Below, in pieces: positions 1 to 10,738 of a stretch of DNA of 37,585 nucleotides (position 1 is the stretch's first letter; each line of letters starts with the position of its first letter). This DNA comes from a virus (Duplodnaviria > Heunggongvirae > Uroviricota > Caudoviricetes), in the IMG/VR virus record IMGVR_UViG_2675903368_000016; one strand, given 5' to 3'. The notes below the pieces were generated by a model. That model was not told where the DNA came from. It saw only the letters and a list, made by a program, of their open reading frames with translations, and ran no database searches. A program made the translations under genes and the position numbers.

Positions 1-258
1 ATGCAAACCGTTATTTTTGGTCGTCCGGGTTGCCCTTACTGTGTGCGTGCAAAAGATCTGGCTGAGAAATTGAGCAATGAACGCGATGATTTCCAGTATC
101 AGTATGTAGATATTCGTGCGGAAGGGATCACTAAAGAAGATCTACAACAAAAGGCAGGTAAACCCGTAGAAACCGTGCCGCAGATTTTTGTCGATCAGCA
201 ACATATCGGCGGCTATACCGATTTTGCTGCATGGGCGAAAGAGAATCTGGACGCCTGA
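1..258 (+). CDS. grxA: Glutaredoxin 1
   Basis: 85-aa ORF MQTVIFGRPGCPYCVRAKDL... with the CPYC active-site motif; matches my recollection of E. coli GrxA almost residue for residue. Confidence 0.9.
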   Translation: MQTVIFGRPGCPYCVRAKDLAEKLSNERDDFQYQYVDIRAEGITKEDLQQKAGKPVETVPQIFVDQQHIGGYTDFAAWAKENLDA

Positions 259-267
259 TCGTCTGAC

Positions 268-301
268 AAGCCCTCGCGTTGAGGGCTTTATTGATTTTTT
301 C
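268..301. terminator. Putative bidirectional rho-independent terminator between convergent grxA and ybjM
   Basis: Stem AAGCCCTC / GAGGGCTT with loop GCGTT, followed by TATTGATTTTTT; lies right after the grxA stop and overlaps the ybjM stop. Confidence 0.5.
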
Positions 302-665
302 TGTGCTGTGGTTTAAACAAACTACTGATAAATAAGAAACACAATGCCCCCAGCGCACACCAGAACACCGCACTTAATAACCATGCCAGCTCTTGCCAGA
401 ATGAGCGCGTCGGTGAAAAAAACAGCCGCATAATGAGCATCGAACAGGGTGCCGCCAGCATTGCGCCAAACAGAGGTTTCAGGACTTCTCTACGATGTGA
501 AAAGAAGCTGGCAACTGCACCAGGAAGAATGAAAAATAGCAAACCGATTTCAGGATGCCCGGCAGCCCGAAAAGCGCCTTTCATGTGCGTCGCCAGAAAA
601 AGACACACCACAATGAAGAGGACAAAACAGCAGATTGCCCCCGCCCAACGTTGTTTATGTTTCAC
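288..665 (-). CDS. ybjM: Small inner-membrane protein YbjM
   Basis: 125-aa hydrophobic ORF MKHKQRWAGAICCFVLFIVV...; size and position next to grxA fit E. coli ybjM. Confidence 0.7.
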   Translation of the reverse strand: MKHKQRWAGAICCFVLFIVVCLFLATHMKGAFRAAGHPEIGLLFFILPGAVASFFSHRREVLKPLFGAMLAAPCSMLIMRLFFSPTRSFWQELAWLLSAVFWCALGALCFLFISSLFKPQHRKNQ

Positions 666-934
666 TCGTTCCTCCTGACACTGCGTCTATCGAACACATT
701 TTTCGCCAGTGTGGCGTTCAGTAAGATAAAGCCGCTTCGCATTCCATGCTAATATAGGCCAACGCAATTCATATAGCCGTTGATACCTAATGTGATTACA
801 CTAGTAAAATATATTGTTACTTTACTATCGTTTAGGTGCGCTGAATGAATCTGCGCCCTGAATTCTGGTAAAAAACATTATCGTAAATTACCATTTCTTT
901 CAACAGCTTACTAGTAAACAAGAAGTTAGCCTCC

Positions 935-2620
935 GTGAATATAAACGTCGCCGAATTGTTAAATGGGAATTACATTCTGTTATTATTTGTGGTCCTCGCG
1001 CTTGGGCTATGTCTCGGGAAATTACGACTTGGTTCGATCCAACTGGGTAATTCCATTGGCGTTTTAGTCGTATCGCTGTTATTAGGCCAACAACATTTCA
1101 GCATTAACACCGACGCGCTTAATCTTGGCTTTATGCTGTTTATTTTCTGCGTCGGGGTCGAAGCCGGACCGAACTTTTTTTCCATTTTTTTTCGCGATGG
1201 GAAAAATTACCTAATGTTAGCACTGGTGATGGTTGGCAGTGCGCTGGTGATCGCCTTAGGGTTAGGTAAGCTGTTTGGCTGGGATATTGGCCTGACGGCC
1301 GGTATGTTAGCTGGCTCTATGACGTCGACACCGGTTCTGGTCGGTGCTGGCGATACACTGCGTCATTCCGGCATGGAAAGCAGGCAGCTCTCACTGGCAC
1401 TGGATAATCTGAGCCTCGGGTATGCCTTAACCTATTTAATCGGTCTGGTGAGTTTGATTGTTGGTGCGCGTTACTTGCCGAAATTGCAGCATCAGGACTT
1501 ACAGACCAGCGCCCAGCAAATCGCCCGCGAACGTGGCCTGGACACTGATGCCAACCGTAAGGTTTATTTACCGGTGATCCGCGCCTACCGCGTCGGCCCG
1601 GAGCTGGTGGCCTGGACCGACGGCAAAAATCTGCGTGAACTGGGTATTTATCGACAAACTGGCTGCTACATTGAACGTATTCGACGTAACGGGATTCTGG
1701 CGAATCCAGACGGTGATGCTGTGCTACAAATGGGCGATGAAATAGCGTTGGTAGGCTATCCCGACGCCCACGCACGACTCGATCCCAGCTTCCGTAACGG
1801 CAAAGAAGTTTTCGATCGTGACCTTCTCGACATGCGTATCGTCACTGAAGAAGTGGTCGTTAAAAACCATAACGCCGTGGGCAAACGTCTCGCACAACTG
1901 AAGTTGACCGATCACGGTTGCTTCCTTAACCGCGTCATTCGTAGCCAGATTGAGATGCCGATAGATGACAACGTCGTGCTTAACAAAGGTGACGTTTTAC
2001 AAGTCAGCGGCGATGCCCGTCGCGTAAAAACCATCGCCGATCGCATCGGCTTTATCTCGATTCACAGCCAGGTCACTGACTTGCTGGCATTCTGCGCCTT
2101 CTTTGTTATTGGGCTGATGATCGGGATGATCACCTTCCAGTTCAGCACATTCAGTTTCGGCATGGGGAACGCTGCCGGGTTGTTATTCGCCGGAATTATG
2201 CTGGGATTTATGCGCGCTAACCACCCGACCTTCGGTTACATTCCGCAGGGTGCATTAAGCATGGTGAAAGAGTTCGGCTTAATGGTGTTTATGGCAGGCG
2301 TTGGTCTGAGCGCCGGTAGCGGTATTAATAACGGCCTGGGCGCGATTGGCGGTCAGATGTTGATTGCCGGATTGATTGTCAGTCTTGTGCCAGTGGTTAT
2401 CTGTTTCTTGTTCGGTGCTTATGTATTGCGAATGAACCGCGCACTGTTGTTCGGCGCAATGATGGGCGCACGCACCTGCGCGCCGGCAATGGAGATCATC
2501 AGTGATACAGCTCGCAGTAACATCCCGGCGCTGGGCTATGCGGGCACCTATGCAATCGCCAACGTCCTGCTGACGCTGGCAGGGACAATCATCGTCATGG
2601 TATGGCCAGGATTAGGATAA
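935..2620 (+). CDS. ybjL: Putative AAE-family transporter YbjL
   Basis: 561-aa ORF with hydrophobic N- and C-terminal halves and central soluble RCK_C/TrkA_C-like repeats; synteny grxA-ybjM-ybjL as in E. coli. Confidence 0.8.
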
Positions 2621-2732
2621 AACTGAAGTTGCCCTGAAAATGAAATTTTTTTGCACAACCGCAGAACTTTTCCGCAGGGCATCAGTCTTAATTAGTGCCA
2701 CTGCTTTTCTTTGATGTCCCCATTTTGTGGAG

Positions 2733-2776
2733 CCCATCAACCCCGCCATTTCGGTTCAAGGTTGATGGGTTTTTTG
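2733..2776 (+). terminator. Rho-independent terminator (likely ybjL terminator, or prophage-end element)
   Basis: Stem CCCATCAACC / GGTTGATGGG with a 17-nt loop, followed by TTTTTTG. Confidence 0.5.
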
Positions 2777-2855
2777 TTGCCTGAAATTTATGCCTTTTAA
2801 AATCATGATGTTAGAAGCACTGTTTTTTAACGATGGCGACAAATTGGCGGCAGCG

Positions 2856-3074
2856 TCAAAGAGAGAGCGCCACCTGTCCTGATTTCATTGGATGCGGCTG
2901 AACCGGATTTGACTCTTTTGGCGTTGCAATCGAACGAACAAAAGTTTCATGGGTAACAAAAGTATGGCTGCAGTTAATGTTCTGGCACTGGTTGTAACGC
3001 TCTTTGGTCAATGAAGATACCTGAAAACTGCTGCGAGTATGGGCGGCACTTCCACACAGTGGGCAAATCATCAT
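2856..3074 (-). CDS. ogr: Ogr/B-type zinc-finger late-gene activator
   Basis: MMICPLCGSAAHTRSS...ERYNQCQNINCSHTF has the Ogr C-x2-C...C-x4-C pattern. Start moved to the internal Met (about 72 aa); the ORF track's longer start adds 11 residues absent from Ogr proteins. Confidence 0.8.
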   Translation of the reverse strand: MMICPLCGSAAHTRSSFQVSSLTKERYNQCQNINCSHTFVTHETFVRSIATPKESNPVQPHPMKSGQVALSL

Positions 3075-3164
3075 TTTTCGAGTTCTCCCCATTTTTGCTA
3101 AATTCACAATAATGATACCGCATTATTCCATTTTGAAAACTTAAAAGTTCTCCATTGCGAAGAA

Positions 3165-4265
3165 TCATTCCATTTCGAAATCATCAATCTTCACTTCAAG
3201 CTCCAGACTGGTCGTAAAACCGTTATCCGGGCTGACGGTATGTGTCAGAGTCGTAATGGTCCATTCCGCATCATCTATCGGCTGTTTAAAACCACTGACC
3301 TTCACAGGCATTTCCGTGTAGAGATCTGCCCGCCCTTCCGCCAGTTGTAGCGAGAATGACGCAACGCCGCGTTGCAGGCGTTCCCACTGCATTTTTGCCG
3401 CTCGTTCGGCGTTGCTCCGGTTGGCATAAGTGCGATTAAGTACCAGCACGTTTTCATCCGTCCCCACCAGGTAATCGCCCTGCTTCGCTTCCGGCTCTTT
3501 CTTCTGCTTCTTAGTCCTGTGCTTACGCTTCACCGTAGTGCTTTCTTTCTTCGCGGGTTCGCGGGTATGCAACCAGCTGGCAATTACCCCCGTGTAGGCT
3601 CCGCGATCTGCCAGGGTAAAGCGGTGACTGTCGCCGTCCTTGCGTGTGATAGTGATCACCGGCAGTGGTTTACCAGTGGCGCTTTTGCCCTGTCCCTGCC
3701 GGATGAATAACAGATTGCCATTTTTCACCGACGCGATGGCACCGTACTGGCGCGCCAGCCGCATCAGAAAACTGCCGTCACTCTCATTAGTCTGGTCTAT
3801 ATGCTCCACGGGCTTATCCGACAGGTCTTTACCCAGTGCCATCTTCAGCTTGTGACGCGCGGCTATTTCCTTCACCACTTCCCCGACAGTGGTCTTGTGC
3901 CACGATTTTTCACGGCGGGTATTCAGCGTTTCCCTAAAATCAGCACTTCGCGCCCGGATAGTCAGGCGATCCGGTGCGCCAGTGTGTTCAATCTCGTCCA
4001 CCGTGAATGCCCCTTTCGGGAAAAGCGGCTGCCCCTTCCAGCCCAGCGCCAGCGTAATGACCGCACCACGGCGCGGCAGCACGATTTTTCCGTCGGCGTC
4101 GTCCAGCTCCAGATCAAGCTGGTCCGCTTCAAAGCCCCGGTTATCCGTCAGCGTAAGCCCCATCAGGCGGTTGTCCAGCACAGTGGTGATATCCTTGCCT
4201 TCAATACTGATGCTGAATGCGGGAGTTTTGTTGCCTTTGTTAAGCAATTCAGAGCTGAAATTCAC
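3165..4265 (-). CDS. D: Tail protein gpD
   Basis: 366-aa ORF at the position of P2 D (between U and ogr); size and composition fit gpD. Confidence 0.8.
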   Translation of the reverse strand: MNFSSELLNKGNKTPAFSISIEGKDITTVLDNRLMGLTLTDNRGFEADQLDLELDDADGKIVLPRRGAVITLALGWKGQPLFPKGAFTVDEIEHTGAPDRLTIRARSADFRETLNTRREKSWHKTTVGEVVKEIAARHKLKMALGKDLSDKPVEHIDQTNESDGSFLMRLARQYGAIASVKNGNLLFIRQGQGKSATGKPLPVITITRKDGDSHRFTLADRGAYTGVIASWLHTREPAKKESTTVKRKHRTKKQKKEPEAKQGDYLVGTDENVLVLNRTYANRSNAERAAKMQWERLQRGVASFSLQLAEGRADLYTEMPVKVSGFKQPIDDAEWTITTLTHTVSPDNGFTTSLELEVKIDDFEME

Positions 4266-4747
4266 GACAGCAGCCCTCCCACCGTTTTACTGATATCGCT
4301 TAAGGCAGACGTTGCCGTATCCTGCAAATTATTCAGCTGCGCACTGAGATCACCGAACATATCGGACAGGGATTCATCCACCCGTTTGAGCGACAGGGTA
4401 AACTCAATCCGGCGCGGCATACCATCGCGGAAAAACTCCGTTTTAGTCTGATTCAGTCCCTCAATCACATACATGCCGTAAATCGTGCCGCTGCCTTCAA
4501 TCAGGGGCCATGCTTTTCCCTGTTCTGCCATCTGCTCCAGAGCCAGCAACGACAGCCTGCCGCCCGTTATCTCCGGCATAAGAACACCAGAAAGCGTCAG
4601 CATGTCGTTGTCCGGTCCCAGAAACTGCGTGGACGGACGACGGTTTACCCGGCTGTTTGCCGCATGTCGCCAGCTGCGTTGATACTGCAGTTCCTGATAC
4701 GGAACGGTGCGCAGCATAAACACGTACAATCCCAGCACCATCATCAT
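4262..4747 (-). CDS. U: Tail protein gpU
   Basis: 161-aa ORF, overlaps the D start by 4 nt; P2 order T-U-D. Confidence 0.8.
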   Translation of the reverse strand: MMMVLGLYVFMLRTVPYQELQYQRSWRHAANSRVNRRPSTQFLGPDNDMLTLSGVLMPEITGGRLSLLALEQMAEQGKAWPLIEGSGTIYGMYVIEGLNQTKTEFFRDGMPRRIEFTLSLKRVDESLSDMFGDLSAQLNNLQDTATSALSDISKTVGGLLS

Positions 4748-7700
4748 GCGTCGTATCCCCCCTGATCGCTGTAGTTACTCCTGGCTTTTGCCTTCAGCCT
4801 GCGTTCACGTTCATCAAGCTGGCGGGCCACCTCCCGCGCAATATCCTGCGCACTTTGTCCTGGCTGCGTCTGGATGATGATCTGCGTCGGTGCCTCAATC
4901 CTGTAAACGGGCGGCACAGTGGCTGCGCGACTCACAATTGCTTCTCCACCTTTCGCGGGAAGTGCCAAAGGGTGCAACGGTGGAAGCTCTGCTGGCGCGG
5001 CAGCAACGCCCATCATTCCGGCAACAACGGCAGCCAGTGCAGCTGTATTTCTCCGGCTGGTCACATTTGCCGGGCCGTTAACAATTTCCGGCCCGTTTTC
5101 ACCGACGATGCCAAACTGCCCGCGCGGGATATAGCCGCCGCTGTCATACATCCCCGCAAAGCCATATCCCCATGACGGAAAACCACCCGATGGCATCATC
5201 ACTTTACCGTCTGCATTCACCGTCGCAGGTTGCTGACGCGTCACGCTTTCCGGCAGTTTCGCCTTTGCAGCCTCTTTACTGACAATGCCGAGTTTCTCCA
5301 GCAACCAGGAAACGCCGGATTTCAGGGAGTCCAGCGGATGCATGACCATATTCAGCCCTTCCGCCAGTGCCTCCCCGAATCGTCGCCCCATTGCCGCTGC
5401 GCTCTGCAGTTCGGCAGAGGTCGACTTAACGGGCGTCAGCAGATCAGTAAACCAGCCCCACAGCGCCTGCACTTTGTCGCCAATCCACTGAAACACAGGC
5501 TTAAGTGGTTCGAATGCAGCACTGATAGGACCTGCCGCCGCTTTGAATCCTTCCACCACACCAGCGAGAAATGCGGTGATGGGTTGCCAGTATTTCCAGA
5601 CAACCAGCGCTACGCCCGCCAGTGCAGTAACCACAAGACCTATCGGACTGAGCAGAGCACCTAACAGACCAGATATGGCATACAGGGCAACGCGCAGCAT
5701 CGCCAGCGGACCGGATGCCAGTACTCGCAGCACCGCGCCTGCGGCAGCCAGTCCACCGCGTAGTGCTGCCAGTGGATTCATAAACATCATAGCAACAGCA
5801 CGTAAACCGGATAATCCAGACCGCAACAGTGCAACCGGCACACCTGCTACAGTTTTCAGGACATTCCCCGTCAGTGATGCGGTGCGGCGCAAAGACGACA
5901 ACGGCGCAGTAAGTAAACCCGCTGCGTTGCCCGATGAAGCAAGCCCGCGTCGCAGCAGTGCCAGTGGAGCGCCAGCTAACCAGGACAACGCGCTGCTGGT
6001 TCGTGTTACTGCTGCCGTAACGGAAGGTAACGTTTTGATACCCAGCACAGAGAATCCCAGACGGATGACTGCCAGCGGCCCCAGTACTGCAGCCAGCGCC
6101 ACCGCTAAGGTGCCGAGGCCTACGGTAACCGCAGCCACAACAGCCGCTACTTTCATCAGTGTGCCTGTCAGTTCCGGGTTAGCTTCCACCCAGCGGCGCA
6201 ACGCCCCCGTGATGCTTTTTACCGTGTACAGAATATCCATCAGCGGCTGGCGCAGCGTTTCGCCCAGGCTGCTGAAGGTGTTCTGCGCTCCGGTTTTGAC
6301 CAGCAACCACTGAGCGGAAAGTGAGTCTTTGTTGATGTCGGATTCTTTCTGCATGGAACCGAGCGCATCATTGCCCGCTGTCAGTTTTAGCTGGCGCTGC
6401 AGTTCCGGAAGGTTGTTTGCCAGTTTCGCTGCATCATCACCAAACTCTTTACCAAACAACATGGTCATGGCAGACAGACGCTTGTCCTGCGGCAGTGCGT
6501 TCACCTTCTCCAGCACACGCTGGATAGTTCCCATCGCATCCTTCGTCATCTGCTTTTCAATCACTTCAGGATTGAGTTTCAGCAGATTCATCCCTTCAAA
6601 GAAACTCTTGCTTTGCATGGTGGCAATGGACAATTCACGCACCATCGCGTTTGCTGCACTGGCTGCAACCTCCGGCGCAGCGCCCAGTGTCAGAAAGGTG
6701 GACCCCAGTGCCGCCGCTTTACGATAATCCAGACGGTCAGCCACACCGCCCAGACGTTGCATAACATCAATGATCTCCGCCCCTTTCGACATGGCGTTAT
6801 CATCCAGATAGTTCAGCGCATCGCCGAGCTGTTCAATATTGCGGGTAGGTATTTTGTAGAGCTGTGCGATTTTCCCCAGACTTTCTGACAGTTCATCCGC
6901 TGGCAGCTCAAAGGCTGTTGCCGCCTTTGCTGCCGTACTGGCGAAGGCCAGCAGGTCACGTTTCTGGTCTTCCCAGCTGTCGTCAGGGTTTGCGACGTTC
7001 ATGCGCGCACCACCTTCAACCAGTGCAGCGAAGTCCACCGCACCGTTTTCCATCGGCAACTGTTCGCTGGCAGCCTTGATGGCATCCTGCATTTCATAAA
7101 AACGTGCAGTGCGGTTACCATTATCGTCACGCAGACCATTGACCTGCTTTGCCACACCTTTCATGGCATCTTCCATGCTGGTATAGCTTTTTACTGCCGC
7201 CATCACTGGCGCACCCATTGCCAGCCCTGCAGCCGTGGTAGTGGCTCCGGCTCCTGCGATGCGATCGCGCACTTCAAGCCGTCTTGAGTATTGTTCTCTG
7301 GCAGCGTTCATCCGTGCCTGTTGTTCACCCAGACGTTTAAGTGCTTTTTGCTGGCCCTCCAGTGCCTGCCTTGTTTCTTCAGCATTTTTCTTAAGTTCTC
7401 GCTGGGCACTACTGAGTTGTCTGGTATCAATCCCTGATTCTTTAAGTGCCTGACGTTGTCTCTGGACCGCCCCCAACAAGCCGTTATAGGTCTGCTGAAG
7501 TTCCTGTACTCGTGTTTTGGCCTGACTGAATAACTTTGCCTGCGCGGCGGTTGGCCTGTTAGTGGCAGCAAATTGTGTGGCGAGTTTTGCCGCCTCTTCG
7601 CGGGCTGCGTTCAGGTTGTTGGCTGTTATGGCTAGTTGCGAGCGCGTCTTGCGAAATTCATCAATTCTGCCAGCCTGCTTATTCAGTTCTTTGAGGCTGT

Positions 7701-7821
7701 TTCGGGTATTCTGAATTGCGCCAGCCAGCTCTTTCGAACTGGCCTGTGCAGCACGGAATGGGCGGGTGAGTTTGTCAACCGCATTAAGAATGACCTGCAG
7801 GCGCAGGTTATTATCACTCAT
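4744..7821 (-). CDS. T: Tail tape-measure protein gpT
   Basis: 1025-aa ORF with a long coiled-coil N-terminal part, hydrophobic Ala/Gly/Leu-rich middle and C-terminal domain; downstream of E/E'. Confidence 0.85.
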   Translation of the reverse strand: MSDNNLRLQVILNAVDKLTRPFRAAQASSKELAGAIQNTRNSLKELNKQAGRIDEFRKTRSQLAITANNLNAAREEAAKLATQFAATNRPTAAQAKLFSQAKTRVQELQQTYNGLLGAVQRQRQALKESGIDTRQLSSAQRELKKNAEETRQALEGQQKALKRLGEQQARMNAAREQYSRRLEVRDRIAGAGATTTAAGLAMGAPVMAAVKSYTSMEDAMKGVAKQVNGLRDDNGNRTARFYEMQDAIKAASEQLPMENGAVDFAALVEGGARMNVANPDDSWEDQKRDLLAFASTAAKAATAFELPADELSESLGKIAQLYKIPTRNIEQLGDALNYLDDNAMSKGAEIIDVMQRLGGVADRLDYRKAAALGSTFLTLGAAPEVAASAANAMVRELSIATMQSKSFFEGMNLLKLNPEVIEKQMTKDAMGTIQRVLEKVNALPQDKRLSAMTMLFGKEFGDDAAKLANNLPELQRQLKLTAGNDALGSMQKESDINKDSLSAQWLLVKTGAQNTFSSLGETLRQPLMDILYTVKSITGALRRWVEANPELTGTLMKVAAVVAAVTVGLGTLAVALAAVLGPLAVIRLGFSVLGIKTLPSVTAAVTRTSSALSWLAGAPLALLRRGLASSGNAAGLLTAPLSSLRRTASLTGNVLKTVAGVPVALLRSGLSGLRAVAMMFMNPLAALRGGLAAAGAVLRVLASGPLAMLRVALYAISGLLGALLSPIGLVVTALAGVALVVWKYWQPITAFLAGVVEGFKAAAGPISAAFEPLKPVFQWIGDKVQALWGWFTDLLTPVKSTSAELQSAAAMGRRFGEALAEGLNMVMHPLDSLKSGVSWLLEKLGIVSKEAAKAKLPESVTRQQPATVNADGKVMMPSGGFPSWGYGFAGMYDSGGYIPRGQFGIVGENGPEIVNGPANVTSRRNTAALAAVVAGMMGVAAAPAELPPLHPLALPAKGGEAIVSRAATVPPVYRIEAPTQIIIQTQPGQSAQDIAREVARQLDERERRLKAKARSNYSDQGGYDA

Positions 7822-7947
7822 CGTTGGCCCCGCTTCTCTGAATCGCTTTATACCGCCATTCCAGCACTTCGGTCAGCGGCATAACGTCAGTAACGGATGG
7901 CGGCCAGTGAAAGATGGTGGCGATATCAGCCACCAGATCGTCAACCG

Positions 7948-8250
7948 TCAGGCTGTCGGTAAACCGGCAAGCACCGACTTCTTCAACAAAAAAGTGACAA
8001 CCTCAACCGACATGGCAGTGAGATCTGCCGGGTCCATCTCTGCAATTTCCTGTGCAGTCAGTGCCGGACTGGAGATGCGGGGGATCACGGTCATCATCGC
8101 GTTCACATCCATATCCATAATGGCCTGCAGGCGTGTACCGCGCAGCGCACCGGACTGCGGTTTACGCAGCACAATTTCGGTAATTTCTGTTTTACCGCGC
8201 TTGATAGGGGTATCCAGTTGAATGGTCTTTTCAGTCTGCTTATCGCTCAT
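7948..8250 (-). CDS. E: Tail assembly chaperone gpE (E+E' by programmed -1 frameshift)
   Basis: 100-aa ORF between FII and T; a T-TTT-TTG slippery heptamer lies in frame near its 3' end, as in P2 E/E'. Confidence 0.75.
   Translation of the reverse strand: MSDKQTEKTIQLDTPIKRGKTEITEIVLRKPQSGALRGTRLQAIMDMDVNAMMTVIPRISSPALTAQEIAEMDPADLTAMSVEVVTFLLKKSVLAGLPTA
7987..7993 (-). other. Candidate -1 programmed frameshift slippery site (T TTT TTG) for E+E'
   Basis: Minus-strand sequence ACT TTT TTG TTG AAG AAG in the E frame, about 13 codons before the E stop. Confidence 0.6.
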
Positions 8251-8304
8251 TTTGTTGTCCTGTAAATTGGGTTCTGGCGCGGAATCCCGCGCCGTTCAGA
8301 TACA

Positions 8305-8820
8305 TCAGAGGCCGAGGGCGTTGCGGTGCGCTTCCATCAGGTCCACACCGTCCACAATTTCCACCATGTTGATAAGGTCCACTTCATAGAGCACCTCACC
8401 ATTGATGGTCAGCTTCGCGTAGCTGTTGGTACTGGTCACTTTGGTGGTGTTGCTTTCGCCCGTCTTCCACTCACCGGAATCCACTTCTTTGTGACGTCCA
8501 CGCACCACAAGCTCCACGGCCTGCACTTCCCCGGTATCGTCACGCTGGATAGAGCCGGTAAAGCGCAACTGGATGCCATCCACCGTGGCTTTGCCCATCT
8601 GCTTAAACAGCAGCAGTTCAGTACCACCAATGGAAAATTCTGTGTCCAGCGCACTGTCATCAAGCCCCAGATCCACATCCACTGCCCCCGGCATTCCGCC
8701 GCCGCGATACTTCTCATATTTGCGGGTGAATTTCGGCAGCGTCAGCGACTCAACGATCCCCTGCCAGTTGTTCCCGTCGTTAAACAGGTTCAGGTGTTTT
8801 AATTTGCGTGGTAAAGCCAT
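8305..8820 (-). CDS. FII: Tail tube protein gpFII
   Basis: 171-aa ORF directly downstream of the sheath gene; P2 order FI-FII-E. Confidence 0.85.
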   Translation of the reverse strand: MALPRKLKHLNLFNDGNNWQGIVESLTLPKFTRKYEKYRGGGMPGAVDVDLGLDDSALDTEFSIGGTELLLFKQMGKATVDGIQLRFTGSIQRDDTGEVQAVELVVRGRHKEVDSGEWKTGESNTTKVTSTNSYAKLTINGEVLYEVDLINMVEIVDGVDLMEAHRNALGL

Positions 8821-8829
8821 GTTGTCCCC

Positions 8830-10002
8830 TTACGCGCTGACCTGGCTGGCGAAATTCACCAGGTACTGATCGGTGATGCGCTGACGCAACATCAGATTTT
8901 CAAGTGGCGGCACTGGCGTGTAGTCGTAGTCGATGGTGAGTTTTCCGGCTTTCAGAGTGTCTTTGTCGTTCACCGACTCGTCCAGCCAGCAATCACCACC
9001 AATGAGATACCCCTGACTGACCAGGCTGCGCATTTTGGCGCGGATGCCCTCGATAATGTCGCGCGCCAGCGACGGGTTCAGCGGTTTGTCCACTGCCCAC
9101 ATGTGCGCTTCTGCCATTGTGTCCGTCAGCACCTGCGCCGTGCGGGTGTAGTTTTCGAAAGCAAAGAGCGGGTCATCACTCAGGCAGCGGGAACCCCAGA
9201 AGCGGAAACCGTCTTTACGCACAAGCGTGGTGACGTCGTTCTGGTTCAGCAGACCTGCATCGGTTGCCGGGTCCTGCAGATCCCAGAACACATCTGCAGA
9301 AATTCCGGTGACACCGTTCACGCCCACGTTGGACAGGCTTTTGTGCCACCCAGTCTGCTCATCAATTTTGGCACGCAGACCAAGCGCACGGGCGGTGGCA
9401 TATGCCGTTGCTTCGGCATTCAGCACCGTGTCCCAGCCAGTAAAGTCGGGCCAGATCAGCATTCCTTCGCGCTGGCTGAAGTTTTCACGGTAAGTGATCG
9501 CCTCCTGTACCGTCTTGCAGCCATACGCTGACAGGTAGGCAAACCCACGCAGGCTTTGCGCCACACTCAGCAACTCAGTCGCAACGGCTTTGTTATCGTG
9601 ACCTGGCACGCCGAGAATGCGCGGTTTAACGCCGAGCTGTGTCTGGGCAGATAACAGGGCTTTCATGCCTGTTTTTTTACCTTCAGCAGTCACTGCGCCG
9701 ATGATATTGGTCGTGGTTTCTTCTTCCGTTTCACCCTGCGGCACACGCACAACAACGGTCACGGGTTTTGCCTGGTCAGCGATGGCATCCAGCGAACGGG
9801 CCAGCGTGCCGGACTCACCCGCTTTACCGCTGGCAGTCAGCACATCAGTGATCAGCACGGGTTTATTAAGAGGAAACATTTTTGCATCGGCATCATCGCC
9901 CGTGCAGACCATGCCCACGATGGCGGTGCTCACCGTGGTAATGGATCGGGTACCTTCGTTGACTTCAACAACGCGCACCCCGTGGTGGTAATCCTGAGCC
10001 AT
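8830..10002 (-). CDS. FI: Contractile tail sheath protein gpFI
   Basis: 390-aa ORF; size and position fit the P2 sheath protein. Confidence 0.85.
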   Translation of the reverse strand: MAQDYHHGVRVVEVNEGTRSITTVSTAIVGMVCTGDDADAKMFPLNKPVLITDVLTASGKAGESGTLARSLDAIADQAKPVTVVVRVPQGETEEETTTNIIGAVTAEGKKTGMKALLSAQTQLGVKPRILGVPGHDNKAVATELLSVAQSLRGFAYLSAYGCKTVQEAITYRENFSQREGMLIWPDFTGWDTVLNAEATAYATARALGLRAKIDEQTGWHKSLSNVGVNGVTGISADVFWDLQDPATDAGLLNQNDVTTLVRKDGFRFWGSRCLSDDPLFAFENYTRTAQVLTDTMAEAHMWAVDKPLNPSLARDIIEGIRAKMRSLVSQGYLIGGDCWLDESVNDKDTLKAGKLTIDYDYTPVPPLENLMLRQRITDQYLVNFASQVSA

Positions 10003-10078
10003 AGTGGCGAACCTCCTGATTGGATTAGGCTTCGCCCTATGTTGAAGTGATTGTGCCTGACAAACAGCTAAGCGCAGT

Positions 10079-10096
10079 TGTACCGTTATTCACACA
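10079..10096. promoter_or_regulatory. Candidate Ogr-dependent late promoter element (TGT-N12-ACA) for the FI operon
   Basis: TGTaccgttattcacACA lies about 80 bp upstream of the FI start; same dyad type recurs upstream of V and O. Confidence 0.5.
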
Positions 10097-10144
10097 AAAT
10101 GACGGTATTTGTCTGCTTGCAGGGATAATCAAAATAATGCTGAT

Positions 10145-10717
10145 TCAGGGGGATTCATTACTCTTATTTGCCGGAAATTTTCTATAAATTGTGGAAACAC
10201 CCACATCAAAAATCAGTGCAATACGCTGTCTTGATTCTCCGGCCTCGAGTAAGCGTCCAATCTGTGCCCACTGTTCGGTGGTCAACTTAGGACGGCGTCC
10301 ACCTACTCTGCCTTTATCACGAGCTGCAGCCAGCCCCGCCCTGGTACGTTCAACTATCAGTTCGCGTTCCATTTCAGCCAGGGCCCCCATGACATGAAAA
10401 AAGAAACGGCCCATTGGGGTGCTGGTATCAATACTGTCAGTCAGGCTTCGGAAATTCACGCCACGCTGACGCAACTCTTCTATCAGCGTAACAAGATGCC
10501 GCATACTGCGCCCCAACCTGTCCAGCTTCCAGACAACCAGAGTGTCTCCTGCCGATAGTGTCCTGAGCAGTTTTTTAAGCCCCGGTCTGTCGGACTTAGT
10601 GCCACTGATTTTGTCCTCAAAAATCCGCTCACATCCCGCGCAGTTCAGTGCATTACGTTGCAAATCTGTGTTCTGGTCATTTGTTGACACGCGTACATAG
10701 CCAATAAGCATGATCAT
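10145..10717 (-). CDS. Serine DNA invertase, Hin/Gin/Pin/Cin family (copy 1)
   Basis: 190-aa ORF M(IM)LIGYVRVSTNDQNTDLQRNAL... with N-terminal catalytic Ser motif and C-terminal HTH; true start may be Met3. Confidence 0.9.
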   Translation of the reverse strand: MIMLIGYVRVSTNDQNTDLQRNALNCAGCERIFEDKISGTKSDRPGLKKLLRTLSAGDTLVVWKLDRLGRSMRHLVTLIEELRQRGVNFRSLTDSIDTSTPMGRFFFHVMGALAEMERELIVERTRAGLAAARDKGRVGGRRPKLTTEQWAQIGRLLEAGESRQRIALIFDVGVSTIYRKFPANKSNESP

Positions 10718-10738
10718 CTCCTTGAATAAAAATCGGGG

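Noticed and set aside
2974-3168. 64-aa minus-strand ORF overlapping ogr
   Set aside because: Alternative frame across the ogr start region with no recognisable features; ogr explains the region.
4855-7079. Numerous plus-strand ORFs (60-256 aa) inside the tape-measure gene region
   Set aside because: They are antisense to a long, well-supported gene, have Ala/Pro/Arg/Ser-rich low-complexity translations and no start context; typical antisense artefacts of GC-rich coding DNA. The same applies to antisense ORFs across FI, H, J, N, O, P and A.
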